From Aureliella sp. (GTDB taxonomy: Bacteria > Planctomycetota > Planctomycetia > Pirellulales > Pirellulaceae): DNA of 64,000 nt. The position numbers and the translations under genes were made by a program. The first letter of the stretch is position 1. Every line of letters starts with the position of its first letter. Of the stretch, positions 29,316 through 39,223 are shown in pieces. The stretch lies in the NCBI GenBank assembly GCA_963691875.1, contig OY829846.1:2816001-2880000 (forward strand), written 5' to 3'. A model generated the notes under the pieces. The model was given only the letters and a program-made list of their open reading frames with translations, had not been told where the DNA came from and searched no databases.

Positions 29316-29809
29316 GATCGAAACCTAGTTATGCTCTGAGAATTGCTGGCGAATCCCAATTCGGAACTTGGGTAAATGTCGTGACGAATGTTACAAAATC
29401 CGATTCGTCTAAGGCACCTCCAAACGTTCGAGAGAGGGCGTCGAAGCCACACCAATGATACACAATCAACCTGCCCGCAATATGGATCTACGTGAGCTTT
29501 GAAATGTGGACAAGTTCGCAAACACAATTCGCACTTTATCTGATTCCCGAAGTTGGTGGCAAAAAAAGGTTGGCCTGATAGCAGCTTGTTAAACTTTTCC
29601 GGCAATTGACTCTTGGTAGTCTGCGCCAGCCGTAGCGAAGCGGCAGTTCTGGTTTCTCTGGCAATTGGTGCTTGACGCTATCTAGCCGCCTGGCTTGGGT
29701 AGCGACGACTTTCTGCAGTTACAGGGCAAAGTGCGCCGATAGATCCAATGGAAGGATTCTGCCATTAGGCAAATCACTCACGTGGATCGCATCAAGTTGA
29801 GAATTCGCC

Positions 29810-30631
29810 ATGCAGGCTTCGTCGGCAACCAATTCAACTCATACATCGCCAATCGGTGAAGCTGCCGCAACTGGTCTCGAACAGGAGCTGGAGATGTTGC
29901 GTGAGCAGTTGCAACACTCGCAGCGTATGGCGACTTTGGGCGAATTGACGAGCACCACGACGCATGAGTTTAACAACTTGCTCATGACGATTCTCAACTA
30001 CGCCAACCTGGGCGTCCGAAACAAGGATGAAGCCACTCGCGACAAGGCCTTTAGCCGCATCTTGGATGCCGCTAACCGGGGCGCGAAAGTCACTAGCAGC
30101 GTGCTATCGATAGCTCGCAATCGCGCTGCCGTGAAAGAAGCGATTTCTCTGCAATCTATTATCGAAGACACGGTTGTCTTGTTGGAGCGCGAGTATCGCA
30201 AGTATCGCATCGACCTCCGCTTGGAACTCGACGAAGTACCTCCGGTTCTGGGAGCGTCCAATGAGCTGCAACGCGTCATCGTCAACCTGCTGGTGAACGC
30301 TCGGCAAGCTAGTGACGAAGGCAGCCAAGTTCGAGTGGTACTACAAGCTGAGAATCCAACCCAAGTCCGACTGACTATTCGCGACAACGGCTCGGGGATT
30401 TCGCCTGAAGTTCTACCGCGAATCTTCGATCCATTCTTTTCCACCAAGGCTGGACCAGACGACACTGGCAAAGGTGGTTCGGGCGTTGGCTTGTCGGCCT
30501 GTAAACAAGTGATCGATGATCATGATGGCCGCATTAGAGTTGAGAGCACGTTGGGCAAAGGCACGGCCTTCATCATTCGCTTGCCCGTCGCCGTCGAGGA
30601 AAACTCGCAGATCACTGCGCAAGCAGGCTAA
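29810..30631 (+). CDS. Histidine kinase (HisKA + HATPase only)
   Basis: H-box HEFNNLL, N-box NLLVNARQA, DNGSGI, IFDPFFSTK and GSGVGL. Confidence 0.92.
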   Translation: MQASSATNSTHTSPIGEAAATGLEQELEMLREQLQHSQRMATLGELTSTTTHEFNNLLMTILNYANLGVRNKDEATRDKAFSRILDAANRGAKVTSSVLSIARNRAAVKEAISLQSIIEDTVVLLEREYRKYRIDLRLELDEVPPVLGASNELQRVIVNLLVNARQASDEGSQVRVVLQAENPTQVRLTIRDNGSGISPEVLPRIFDPFFSTKAGPDDTGKGGSGVGLSACKQVIDDHDGRIRVESTLGKGTAFIIRLPVAVEENSQITAQAG

Positions 30632-30712
30632 CACACGCAGCAGGATTCTGCTGAATTGCTGCCCCCTCTTTCTGAAGACCGCTCGTCGAGCTGGCTGAAA
30701 GCTCTACTCGGC

Positions 30713-31000
30713 TCAGTTCGTTGCACTCGACCGGAATAACCGTTGTATGCGGTCGACCAGGTGCCACTCGACAACTAGTAGAATCAGAGGCACGCTAAAG
30801 AACATGAGCTGCCCGACTCCTGAGGCAACCTGCTCGTTGCCGACCTTGGGTATCAAGCCGTAAATTGCGATGCAAAAAAGCGTGTTCAAAAACAGCATGC
30901 CGCCACTGGCAACGACTACCATCACCGCGTACATGCAGCCAGAGACCACGCTGACCACGGGCCGCTCGGTCACGACGTCAATTTGGGGCTCTTCTTTCAA
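30713..31000 (-). CDS. Small hypothetical membrane protein
   Basis: 95 aa with two hydrophobic segments. Confidence 0.65.
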   Translation of the reverse strand: MKEEPQIDVVTERPVVSVVSGCMYAVMVVVASGGMLFLNTLFCIAIYGLIPKVGNEQVASGVGQLMFFSVPLILLVVEWHLVDRIQRLFRSSATN

Positions 31001-31226
31001 ATGTTCAGCCGATTGAGGTGCCGACGGTTAACGTTACTTACTCTTAGTCCTGTGCAGTTGATTCCGGACACCAAGCCTTGCTTTGGTCGTGAGAGTCTGA
31101 CTATCAGGCCCGGAGAGGAATCTTCTTGCGGTCACGTCCCGAACTTCAAAGTTGAGCATCGGGCTGCAATCGTGCAGAAGATCTCGACAAGACTCGCTCG
31201 CGCGTCGTGCTTGTATCGAGAGCCGA

Positions 31227-33035
31227 TCAAGCTCCCAGGCTAGGCCAAGCGAGAGCCATGCACAAGGTCACTACAAATCCGGTCAGGCTGAGGATCGATA
31301 GTAAAATCGTCCAGCTGCGAAGTGTCTCACCTTCGGTCAATCCCCCCATCTTAGCGAACACCCAGAACCCGGAGTCATTCATCCAGCTGCCCATCAGCGA
31401 GCCAGCTCCAATTACAGGAACGAGATAGGCCGGATGGAAACCAAGGCTTCCTTCGTTGATCAGTGGCGTGGCAATCGTGGCCACCAACGACGAGGTAATA
31501 ATCATCGCGACGGTACTGGAACCTTGAGCCACCTTGAGCAGCGATGCCAGCAAGTAGGCGACGACCATCACGATCAATCCGCCGCTTTCACTGTCGGCTG
31601 GGAAGAAAGACTTCACAACCACATGGATCTCGGTCATCGCCAGCAGCCCTCCAAAAGCCCCGCCTGCAGCTGTAATCAGGATAATCACGCCACCGCTGAG
31701 CAATGCGTCTTCCACATGCTCAGCGATCTTCTTCAGCGAATGCCCTTGAACCGAGTAGCACAGGTAAATCGAGAAAAGGGCGGCGAGAATCATCGCCAAG
31801 TCAGGTTTGCCAATGAGCTTGAACCAAGGTAGTAAGTCCTTCCAGATTGAAGGTTCTTCACCCTTTGCCAGCAATCCGACGATGGTCGTTACGGTAATCA
31901 GAAGAACAGGCAGTAAGACCGGAGCCAGCGACATCGTCAAGGAAGGAAGCTTGTCAAACTTGGCTTCCTCCTCTTCTTTGCCGCTCAGTGGCCGCATCTC
32001 GATCGGCATCGTGCGGTTGAGCCAAGAGGCGGCGACAAGGCCAACCAAGGCGGAAGGAAAACCAACGATTAGTCCGACAAAGATCACGGTTCCAATCTGA
32101 ACTCCAGGCAGGGCCTCCACCACGATCAATGGTCCAGGAGTCGGCGGGACAAGCGTATGAGTAATAGCTCCACCAGCGGCGATAGCGCACAGGTACAGTA
32201 AGTAGTTCTTCTTAGTTCGCTGGTAGAGACTGCGTGCCAGTGGAACCAGTAAGTAAAATACCGTATCAAAGAACACCGGAATCGACAGAATAAAACCGCT
32301 GACCATCATGGCCAAAGCCGCTCGTTTTTCACCAAAGGTATTGAGTGAAGCTTGCACGATGCGATCTGCGGCTCCACTTACCAGCATCGTCTTACCAATA
32401 ATCGCCGCCATCGCGATCAGGACTCCGATACCGACCACGGATCCGCCGAGTGAACCGGTGACTCGATTGACAATATTGACTGGCTGATTCGCTTTCGCCG
32501 GATCCGTTTCCTTGATGACGCTAGGAACAGGGCTCTTCACAAAGCCTTTGACTTCAAGGGGCACGAAACAACTGATTGTTAGTGCGCCTAGAATCAAAGC
32601 AACGAATGCATGTGACTTGAGCTTGATCATCAAAGCGAGAACGACAAAAACACCTACCGCAGTCGCAACAAGTGGCCGCCACATCGGAGGGCCAGATTCT
32701 GCTCCAATTTCTTCGTTCGTCGCTGATGATGGCTGGCTCGATTCTTCTACATCCGCTGATGCGTCACCTTGGGGCTCATCTGCAGCTTCTGGATCGGTGG
32801 CAACATCCGAATCAGCTCCACTGTTTCCGTCTCCCGCGTCCTGAGCCGCACTCGGCTCTTCATTCGGCGCTTCCCCGCTTCTTATCTTTTTCTCGGGCTC
32901 CGTTGAACTCGGGGCTGCCGCAGGTTGGGTTTCCTGCGCTAGGCCGAATCTCTCGAAACCAAGGGTCAAACAGAGCGAAAGAATGAGCAAGAAGAACCAT
33001 TGGGCGTGGCGAGGGTAAGCGAGATGGGAAGGCAT
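31227..33035 (-). CDS. GntP-family (gluconate:H+ symporter-like) permease with an acidic N-terminal extension
   Basis: SGAADRI, SIPVFFD, HTLVPPTPGP, AQGSSTVA and NDSGFW; start placed at ATG 33035. Confidence 0.9.
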   Translation of the reverse strand: MPSHLAYPRHAQWFFLLILSLCLTLGFERFGLAQETQPAAAPSSTEPEKKIRSGEAPNEEPSAAQDAGDGNSGADSDVATDPEAADEPQGDASADVEESSQPSSATNEEIGAESGPPMWRPLVATAVGVFVVLALMIKLKSHAFVALILGALTISCFVPLEVKGFVKSPVPSVIKETDPAKANQPVNIVNRVTGSLGGSVVGIGVLIAMAAIIGKTMLVSGAADRIVQASLNTFGEKRAALAMMVSGFILSIPVFFDTVFYLLVPLARSLYQRTKKNYLLYLCAIAAGGAITHTLVPPTPGPLIVVEALPGVQIGTVIFVGLIVGFPSALVGLVAASWLNRTMPIEMRPLSGKEEEEAKFDKLPSLTMSLAPVLLPVLLITVTTIVGLLAKGEEPSIWKDLLPWFKLIGKPDLAMILAALFSIYLCYSVQGHSLKKIAEHVEDALLSGGVIILITAAGGAFGGLLAMTEIHVVVKSFFPADSESGGLIVMVVAYLLASLLKVAQGSSTVAMIITSSLVATIATPLINEGSLGFHPAYLVPVIGAGSLMGSWMNDSGFWVFAKMGGLTEGETLRSWTILLSILSLTGFVVTLCMALAWPSLGA

Positions 33036-33296
33036 GAAGGGCTCGCGAAGGAAAAGATCAGTAACACATGCCACAAAACGCGACGACTTTGACTGGGCTC
33101 GGCACGCTTGTAGGACGTCCGGTACGTCACTCTGGCAAGGCAGAACCCTAAGAATATAGTCCAAATACGACGATCATTCCGCGCCCCCTTGTCGAAAATC
33201 GACCTGCCTCAGTAGGATGACGCTGTTGTTTGGAGCACGCCAATTTCGTAGCGACAATATCTTCCAAGATCGCCAACTCAATCCAGTGAAGTGAAA

Positions 33297-34727
33297 ATGA
33301 CCGAGTTCCGCACAGAAAAAGACTCGATGGGTGAAGTCCAGGTACCCAAGGACGCTTACTACAGCGCACAGACGCAGCGTGCGGTAGAGAACTTTCCCGT
33401 CTCGGGCTGGCGGCTACCACCCGCGCTGATTAGAGCAATGGGCTGGGTCAAATACGCCTGCGCAACTGCTAATCGCGACTTGGGCAAGCTCACTGGCACA
33501 GGCAAGAACCCGCTGCAAGATGACCAGGTCGAAGCATTACTGCAAGCCGCGCATGAAGTCGCCGATGGCGGTCTTGCCGATCAGTTCCCGATCGACGTCT
33601 TTCAAACTGGCTCCGGCACTTCCAGCAATATGAACGTAAACGAAGTGATCTCCAATCGCGCGATTGAGATCACCGGCGGCGATCGGTTCTTGAAAGACAA
33701 GCCCATTCACCCGAACGATCACGTGAATATGGGCCAAAGTACCAACGACACTTTTCCAACTGCAATTCATGTCGCTGTCGCGCTCGAAATCAAGAACTCG
33801 TTGATTCCGGCTTTACAGTCTCTACACACACAGCTTGTTGAGAAGGCAGCAGCCTGGGACAAAATCATCAAGATCGGACGAACGCATTTGATGGACGCCA
33901 CGCCGCTTCGCTTGGGACAGGAGTTCGGTGGCTTCGCCCGCCAGATCGAATTGTCACTGGGACGAGCAAGCAGGGCGTTGGAAGCGGTTCTGGAACTGCC
34001 TGTGGGCGGTACTGCGGTGGGTAGCGGCATCAACACGCACCCCGAGTTCGGAGGCCGCGTGGCCGCCGTCTTGGCTCAGAAAACTAAAGTGCCCTTCGTC
34101 GAAGCGGCCAATCACTTTGAGGCCAATGCCAATCGCGATGGCTTGGTCGAATGCCATGGTGAGTTGAAGACTATCGCAACGACTCTTTTCAATTTCGCGA
34201 ACAATGTTCGCTGGCTAGGCTCGGGTCCACGCTGTGGCTTCAACGAGATTGTGCTCCCTGAGCGAGCCCCTGGCAGCTCGATCATGCCGGGCAAGGTCAA
34301 TCCGGTAATGTGCGAAAGCATGATGCAATTAACTGCTCGAGTCATTGGCAATGACCAGTGCATCACAACCAGTGGTGCGGCTGGTGGAAACTTTCAGTTG
34401 AACATCATGATGCCAGTCATGGGACAGACGACATTGGAAAGCATTCAGCTACTGTCCAACGGTGTGAATGCCTTCATCGAGTTTTGTATGCAAGGCCTTA
34501 CGCCAAATGCCGAATCTTGCGAAGCCGCTGTTGAACAAAGCCTTTCTATGTCGACCAGTCTGAATCCGTTGATCGGCTACGAGATGGCCGCCAAGATCAC
34601 CAAGGAAGCCTTCGCCGAACGCAAGACAGTACGTCAAGTTTGCATTGAGAACGAAGTGCTTTCCGAAGAACAACTTAAAGAAGCACTCGATCCGTTTCGC
34701 ATGACTGAACCACAAGCCGACGGTTAG
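33297..34727 (+). CDS. fumC: Fumarate hydratase class II
   Basis: RTEKDSMG, QTGSGTSSNMN, GRTHLMDA and the GSSIMPGKVNP signature. Confidence 0.95.
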   Translation: MTEFRTEKDSMGEVQVPKDAYYSAQTQRAVENFPVSGWRLPPALIRAMGWVKYACATANRDLGKLTGTGKNPLQDDQVEALLQAAHEVADGGLADQFPIDVFQTGSGTSSNMNVNEVISNRAIEITGGDRFLKDKPIHPNDHVNMGQSTNDTFPTAIHVAVALEIKNSLIPALQSLHTQLVEKAAAWDKIIKIGRTHLMDATPLRLGQEFGGFARQIELSLGRASRALEAVLELPVGGTAVGSGINTHPEFGGRVAAVLAQKTKVPFVEAANHFEANANRDGLVECHGELKTIATTLFNFANNVRWLGSGPRCGFNEIVLPERAPGSSIMPGKVNPVMCESMMQLTARVIGNDQCITTSGAAGGNFQLNIMMPVMGQTTLESIQLLSNGVNAFIEFCMQGLTPNAESCEAAVEQSLSMSTSLNPLIGYEMAAKITKEAFAERKTVRQVCIENEVLSEEQLKEALDPFRMTEPQADG

Positions 34728-34817
34728 GCATGAGTCGGATAAACAAACGTGGATGAGCTTCCAGCTTGTCTTCGACCTGTCCCTTTGCCTCGAATGTGAA
34801 AGATCACGAGAAAACCA

Positions 34818-35282
34818 ATGAACTTACAAGAACTCAAAACCGCATCTACCAATTCGAGCATCGACTCCATCGAGATCCATCTTCCTGGTGGCGAAGTGCT
34901 TCCTGCTCACTTTCATTTGACTGAAATCGGTCGTGTCACCAAGGACTTTGTAGATTGCGGTGGCACGCGTCGCAACAAAAGCGCTTGCGTCCTGCAAACC
35001 TGGCTTGCAGAAGATACGGACCACCGATTGTCGGCTGAAAAGCTGCGAGCCATCCTTGGCAAGTCCGCGCAGTTGGAGCTAGAAGCTGCAACGGAAGTGG
35101 AGTTCGAGGTACAACAAAACACTTTGTCTATGTTTTCACTTGCGACGGCACAAGTCGAGGACGGTTGCCTAAAGCTGAGGTTAGAGGCAATGCAAACACA
35201 ATGTTTGGCTCCTGACCTTTGCCAAGTCCCCAACTTGTCCGTCATTGGCGGCGATTCCTGCACCGGCCCAGGATGCTGCTAA
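34818..35282 (+). CDS. DUF6428-like Cys-rich protein
   Basis: PAHFHLTEIG, FVDCGG, QTWLAEDTDHRL, CLAPDLC and C-terminal CTGPGCC. Confidence 0.75.
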   Translation: MNLQELKTASTNSSIDSIEIHLPGGEVLPAHFHLTEIGRVTKDFVDCGGTRRNKSACVLQTWLAEDTDHRLSAEKLRAILGKSAQLELEAATEVEFEVQQNTLSMFSLATAQVEDGCLKLRLEAMQTQCLAPDLCQVPNLSVIGGDSCTGPGCC

Positions 35283-35329
35283 CCGCAGGCAATCCCGTAG
35301 TGGGATTCGGCTAAAGTAATGAGAAGGAA

Positions 35330-36109
35330 ATGACGATGCCCGCGGCGCAGATTCAAGTTTGCAAAGATTCAGAAACACTCGCCCAGTTCACTTGCCGCTG
35401 GCTTGTCAGGCTCATTCAAGAACATCTATCGGCTTCAACGGAGCCTTTTTCACTTTGTCTTGCTGGTGGCTCGACTCCCAAACGGCTCTATCAACTTCTA
35501 GCCGAACTACCACCCGACACTATCGACTGGACACGCGTCGTACTTGTTTGGGGCGATGAGCGAAATGTGTCGATAGACGACGATCAGAGCAATTATCGCA
35601 TGGTGCGTGAGAATCTTATCGATCACGTTGCGATACCTGCAGAAAATGTCTTGGGCATGCCTGATCCAGGCGGAACGGCCAGCGACGTGGCGGCGCAGTA
35701 CGAAACATTATTGAAAGAGAAACTCGCCGGCGCGGACGGCCGCATTCGACTCGACTGCGTTCTGTTAGGAATGGGGGACGACGTACATACCGCCTCACTA
35801 TTTCCAGGCACGACGGCGCTCGAAGAAAACGAACGACTAGTCGTGGAAAACTGGGTCGAGAAGTTTGATTGCTGGCGAGTTACACTTACCGCTCCTGCTT
35901 TGAACTCGGCAAGATGTGTTGCGTTTCTTATCGCAGGTGCTGGCAAAGAACCTGCCCTGAACCAGCTTTGGCATGGGGCAAGAGATGCGTCGCAGTTCCC
36001 TTCGCAACTCATTGCACCGATCGAGGGCCAGCTACACTTCATGTTGGACCAATCGGCACTTGGCGAGAATCGCCCGCCTGAAGACTGCATGCTTGAGTTC
36101 GTGGATTGA
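35330..36109 (+). CDS. pgl: 6-phosphogluconolactonase
   Basis: LAGGSTPK, WGDERNV, SNYRM, LGMGDDVHTASLFP and RVTLT. Confidence 0.93.
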   Translation: MTMPAAQIQVCKDSETLAQFTCRWLVRLIQEHLSASTEPFSLCLAGGSTPKRLYQLLAELPPDTIDWTRVVLVWGDERNVSIDDDQSNYRMVRENLIDHVAIPAENVLGMPDPGGTASDVAAQYETLLKEKLAGADGRIRLDCVLLGMGDDVHTASLFPGTTALEENERLVVENWVEKFDCWRVTLTAPALNSARCVAFLIAGAGKEPALNQLWHGARDASQFPSQLIAPIEGQLHFMLDQSALGENRPPEDCMLEFVD

Positions 36110-36156
36110 GGTAAAGTCTTGCCGATCAGCCAATATTCTCACGTGCAGTTCTCTCC

Positions 36157-36945
36157 ATGATCTTTCGTTGGTTTCGTCAGTTTCAGCGCCACCAACTTTG
36201 GAAGAGGCCTATCCCTGCGGGATGGCATGAGCTGCTCAGCGAGAACGCGGTTTTTCTCGAAGACGTTGAGGAAGAAACCAAGACCGCTATCCTTCGTTCG
36301 GTTCAAGTCTTTTGTTCAGAAAAGAATTGGGAAGGCTGCGGGGGCCTGAAACTAACCGACGAACATCGCGTGACGATCTCTGCGCAGATTGCCAAGATGA
36401 CTTTAGGCATGGGGGTCGGTGAAGTTGATGGCGAATACTTCTCGGAAGTGCAGTCGATTCTGGTTTACCCTGAAGCCTACCTTGCTGACACAAAGCAGCA
36501 CATTGGAGCAGGAGTAGTCATGGAGAGTCGCGATGGTCGACTGGGCGAGGCATGGCATCGTGGGCCTGTCATCTTGTCCTGGCAGGATGTTTTAGCGACC
36601 GGACGCAGGCAGAACTTTGCTCGGAACGTGGTGATTCACGAGTTCGCCCATCATCTCGATATGCGAAACGGCCGGGATGCCGATGGAATTCCGGTGATAG
36701 AGTCCAGCGAGTTTGGACGTCGCTGGCGAGAAGTAACCGAAAGTTGCTTTGGGCAACTACAGGAAATGTGTCGCAACGGCCGTCCGCGGCTTCTTGATTG
36801 CTACGGAGCGACCAGCCTGTCCGAGTTCTTCGCTGTCGCGAGTGAAGCATTCTTCGAAGAGCCGCTTGCCATGCGGCATCACTGGCCCCAACTCTTTGAT
36901 TTGTTCAATGCGTTCTATTTCCCAAATGACTTCGCGCAGATATGA
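36157..36945 (+). CDS. MtfA-like zinc-dependent peptidase (M90)
   Basis: ILVYP, GEAW..GPVILSW, NVVIHEFAHHLD and EFFAVASEAFFE. Confidence 0.88.
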   Translation: MIFRWFRQFQRHQLWKRPIPAGWHELLSENAVFLEDVEEETKTAILRSVQVFCSEKNWEGCGGLKLTDEHRVTISAQIAKMTLGMGVGEVDGEYFSEVQSILVYPEAYLADTKQHIGAGVVMESRDGRLGEAWHRGPVILSWQDVLATGRRQNFARNVVIHEFAHHLDMRNGRDADGIPVIESSEFGRRWREVTESCFGQLQEMCRNGRPRLLDCYGATSLSEFFAVASEAFFEEPLAMRHHWPQLFDLFNAFYFPNDFAQI

Positions 36946-37001
36946 GCCGCGCCGCAAGAACATTTCGCGTAAAACTGGAACGACGAAAGAACTCGGCGAC
37001 G

Positions 37002-37931
37002 TCAATTGCGAAATTGCTCGTGGCAGCGACTGCAGTTCTGCGCCAACTCATTCATCAAGTCGCCAAATTTCTTCTCGTCAAAACTAGCTGCCCTTGAAGC
37101 TTGATGAAGCTGTGCGGACAGTTTTGTGCTGAACTTGAGAAGGGCGCGGAAATCACCACCATGCTGCTTGGCAAAAGAACTTCTCTCCAATTCGCGAAAG
37201 TCATCGCTAAGAAGCAGAGCGTTGTAGCTACGTTGCCGAGCCTGGCCGTCTGACACCTTTTTTAGCTTCTCGAAACTTCGAGATAGCGTTGCCATGCGTT
37301 TTGCAAAATCTGGAACTGCGGCGGTACCTTTGATTTCTGGGAGCTTCTCGTTTTCGGTGCGTTTCTTTGCATTACGCACATCGGCCCATAAGCCTCGGTA
37401 TTCCTTTGAGGTGCCGCCGCGGAACAGAATCTCCAAGGCTTCATGTTGGGACACCGATTCACCGGCACGCAGCATGTACGCCACAGCCGCTGGTGCACGA
37501 TGCTGCCCGTGATGGCAGTGAACGTAGATCGGACCAGGCATTTCCTTGAGGACACGCAACATCGCGAGCCCTGAATCGCGAGAGATCCCAGAGTAAGTCA
37601 ACGGTATGTGTACGTAACGCAAGCCATAGGCTTGGGCTAGTTTGAGATTGGGAGCGATGCCATCGACGCTGACAATAGTCTTGATGCCTTGACCGGCTAG
37701 CCAGCGGAAATGCCGGTGCTCGGCTGGCTCCCCACCCGAGTAGATTTGCTTGTCGAGCTCCAGGTCCAGCTTCTCATTGATGTCTAGGAAATTCGCTGGA
37801 GCAGAATCCGATTCAGTGCTCTGCTTTTTCTCGTCTTGTGCAAACAGCAGGACAGACGAAATTATCGAGGCCAGTAGTACTGCAACAGCAGGCATTCGGC
37901 GGACGGTGTTTCGATCAAAGAGCGTCTTCAT
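37002..37931 (-). CDS. Secreted CX5R phosphatase/sulfurtransferase-like domain fused to a C-terminal cytochrome c'-like domain
   Basis: Signal peptide; IYSGGEP, GIKTIVSVD, YVHIP and PIYVHCHHGQHR; C-terminal CSRCHEQFR. Confidence 0.75.
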   Translation of the reverse strand: MKTLFDRNTVRRMPAVAVLLASIISSVLLFAQDEKKQSTESDSAPANFLDINEKLDLELDKQIYSGGEPAEHRHFRWLAGQGIKTIVSVDGIAPNLKLAQAYGLRYVHIPLTYSGISRDSGLAMLRVLKEMPGPIYVHCHHGQHRAPAAVAYMLRAGESVSQHEALEILFRGGTSKEYRGLWADVRNAKKRTENEKLPEIKGTAAVPDFAKRMATLSRSFEKLKKVSDGQARQRSYNALLLSDDFRELERSSFAKQHGGDFRALLKFSTKLSAQLHQASRAASFDEKKFGDLMNELAQNCSRCHEQFRN

Positions 37932-38754
37932 TTGATCCAGCTGGCTTCGCTACAGGTTTGAACGAGAGTCCGCCGGAGGCACGGAGCTCAATATTATATT
38001 GTTTTCCTTCCTTGACTTTAATCGCCACAGCTTCGCCATGGGCAGCGCGAATTCCCATTTCGGCCGCTTTTTGCTCATCGTTGGCGAACTCCCAAAATTC
38101 CTTCCAAAGCTTCTCTTCAAACTCGCTGGTCACACCGCCGCGACTATAAGCTTGCGGACGCATCCCGACCTCGTCGAGAGAAAAGCCTTCGGCTGGCTGC
38201 TGGTCCTCGCTGAAAATCCGACGGAACAGACACAACGAGGTGCCACGCTGGATGTCGCCTTTTTGAATGTATTCATCGTCGAACTTGATGATCCAATTGT
38301 CGACATAAACCAGATCGCCTGGCAGCGTTACTTCTTTGGGCTCGGAAAGTGCGTCACCGTTTGGAGACAATTCGACGAATCGAAGATTGCTTTCGAGGGC
38401 CTTTCCTTCCTCGTCGCGTTTGATGTCGATCACTTCTAATCGCGCGAGCCGTTGGTCAGTCTTCAACAAGATCATCGCCGTTTCGAGTCGATCGACTTGC
38501 TGCGACAGTTCTTCAACTTGCTCGGTCTTCTCCTTTAAGTCCGTTCCGAGCTTTTCGATTGCTGCATCCTTCGTTTCGATCTGGCCCTTAAGCGTCGTTA
38601 GCTGTTCCTCCTGATCTGCAAGCATACGCTCTTTCTTCGTGTACTCTGAATACACCTGCCAGCCACCGACGCCAATCACGCCGACCAAAGCGGCCAATAT
38701 GATCGTGCGCACCGTCGTATTGATTGTCTTAATGCCTTCACTCAGCTTGCCCAC
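37915..38754 (-). CDS. Hypothetical membrane-anchored coiled-coil protein
   Basis: N-terminal TM segment and heptad-rich region; overlaps the downstream gene start by 17 bp. Confidence 0.8.
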   Translation of the reverse strand: MGKLSEGIKTINTTVRTIILAALVGVIGVGGWQVYSEYTKKERMLADQEEQLTTLKGQIETKDAAIEKLGTDLKEKTEQVEELSQQVDRLETAMILLKTDQRLARLEVIDIKRDEEGKALESNLRFVELSPNGDALSEPKEVTLPGDLVYVDNWIIKFDDEYIQKGDIQRGTSLCLFRRIFSEDQQPAEGFSLDEVGMRPQAYSRGGVTSEFEEKLWKEFWEFANDEQKAAEMGIRAAHGEAVAIKVKEGKQYNIELRASGGLSFKPVAKPAGSNEDAL

Positions 38755-38990
38755 GGCAATCTCCCGGTTTCATGCTTCACGCCCGCTGGCTCTGCCTTCT
38801 CCGCTGTCTTCATCTACGGAAATCGAGCTATTGATAGCATTGTAGATCTAGTTTCTTTTAAGTCTTACGCCTTGGATTCATCGGACCATTTTACCCCCGC
38901 CGATGGCAAAAGTCGCTGAATCCAACTGTGGCTAGTTATTTTCGTCGTCATTGTTTGTGCCGAACCGTAATTTGACGCTTTGGCCTCAAC

Positions 38991-39145
38991 TTACCCTCCC
39001 TTCCGAGCAGGCCCAGGCGCAGCGGGGTGGCGAGGATAATTGGGACGGTCGGAGACCGAGCGACGACGCGGGAATTGCTGGGCAGTCCCCTCTCCGGGCG
39101 GGATAGCCCAACTCTCCGGAACCCGCTGTGCGAGAGGGAGAGTGA
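38991..39145. ncRNA. Candidate structured non-coding RNA (family unassigned)
   Basis: 102 of 150 bases are G+C over 38991-39140 in an intergenic region; long-range stem GCGCAGCGGG/CCCGCTGTGC plus internal hairpins. Confidence 0.45.
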
Positions 39146-39223
39146 TTTCCTTTTCCCTTCCAGCCGCCATCGATAATCGCTAACGTTGGCAGCAATCAGG
39201 AATCAACTCGCCAGGGCGACTCC

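Noticed and set aside
39010..39050. HDV-like ribozyme or SAM-I riboswitch similarity on the minus strand (GTCCCA..TCCTCGC here; GAGGGGACTGCCC near 39080-39092)
   Set aside because: The required P3/P1 pairings and the remaining conserved core could not be formed.
38986..39195. 69-aa minus-strand ORF over the structured element
   Set aside because: No recognisable motifs or RBS; it is likely open only because of high GC.
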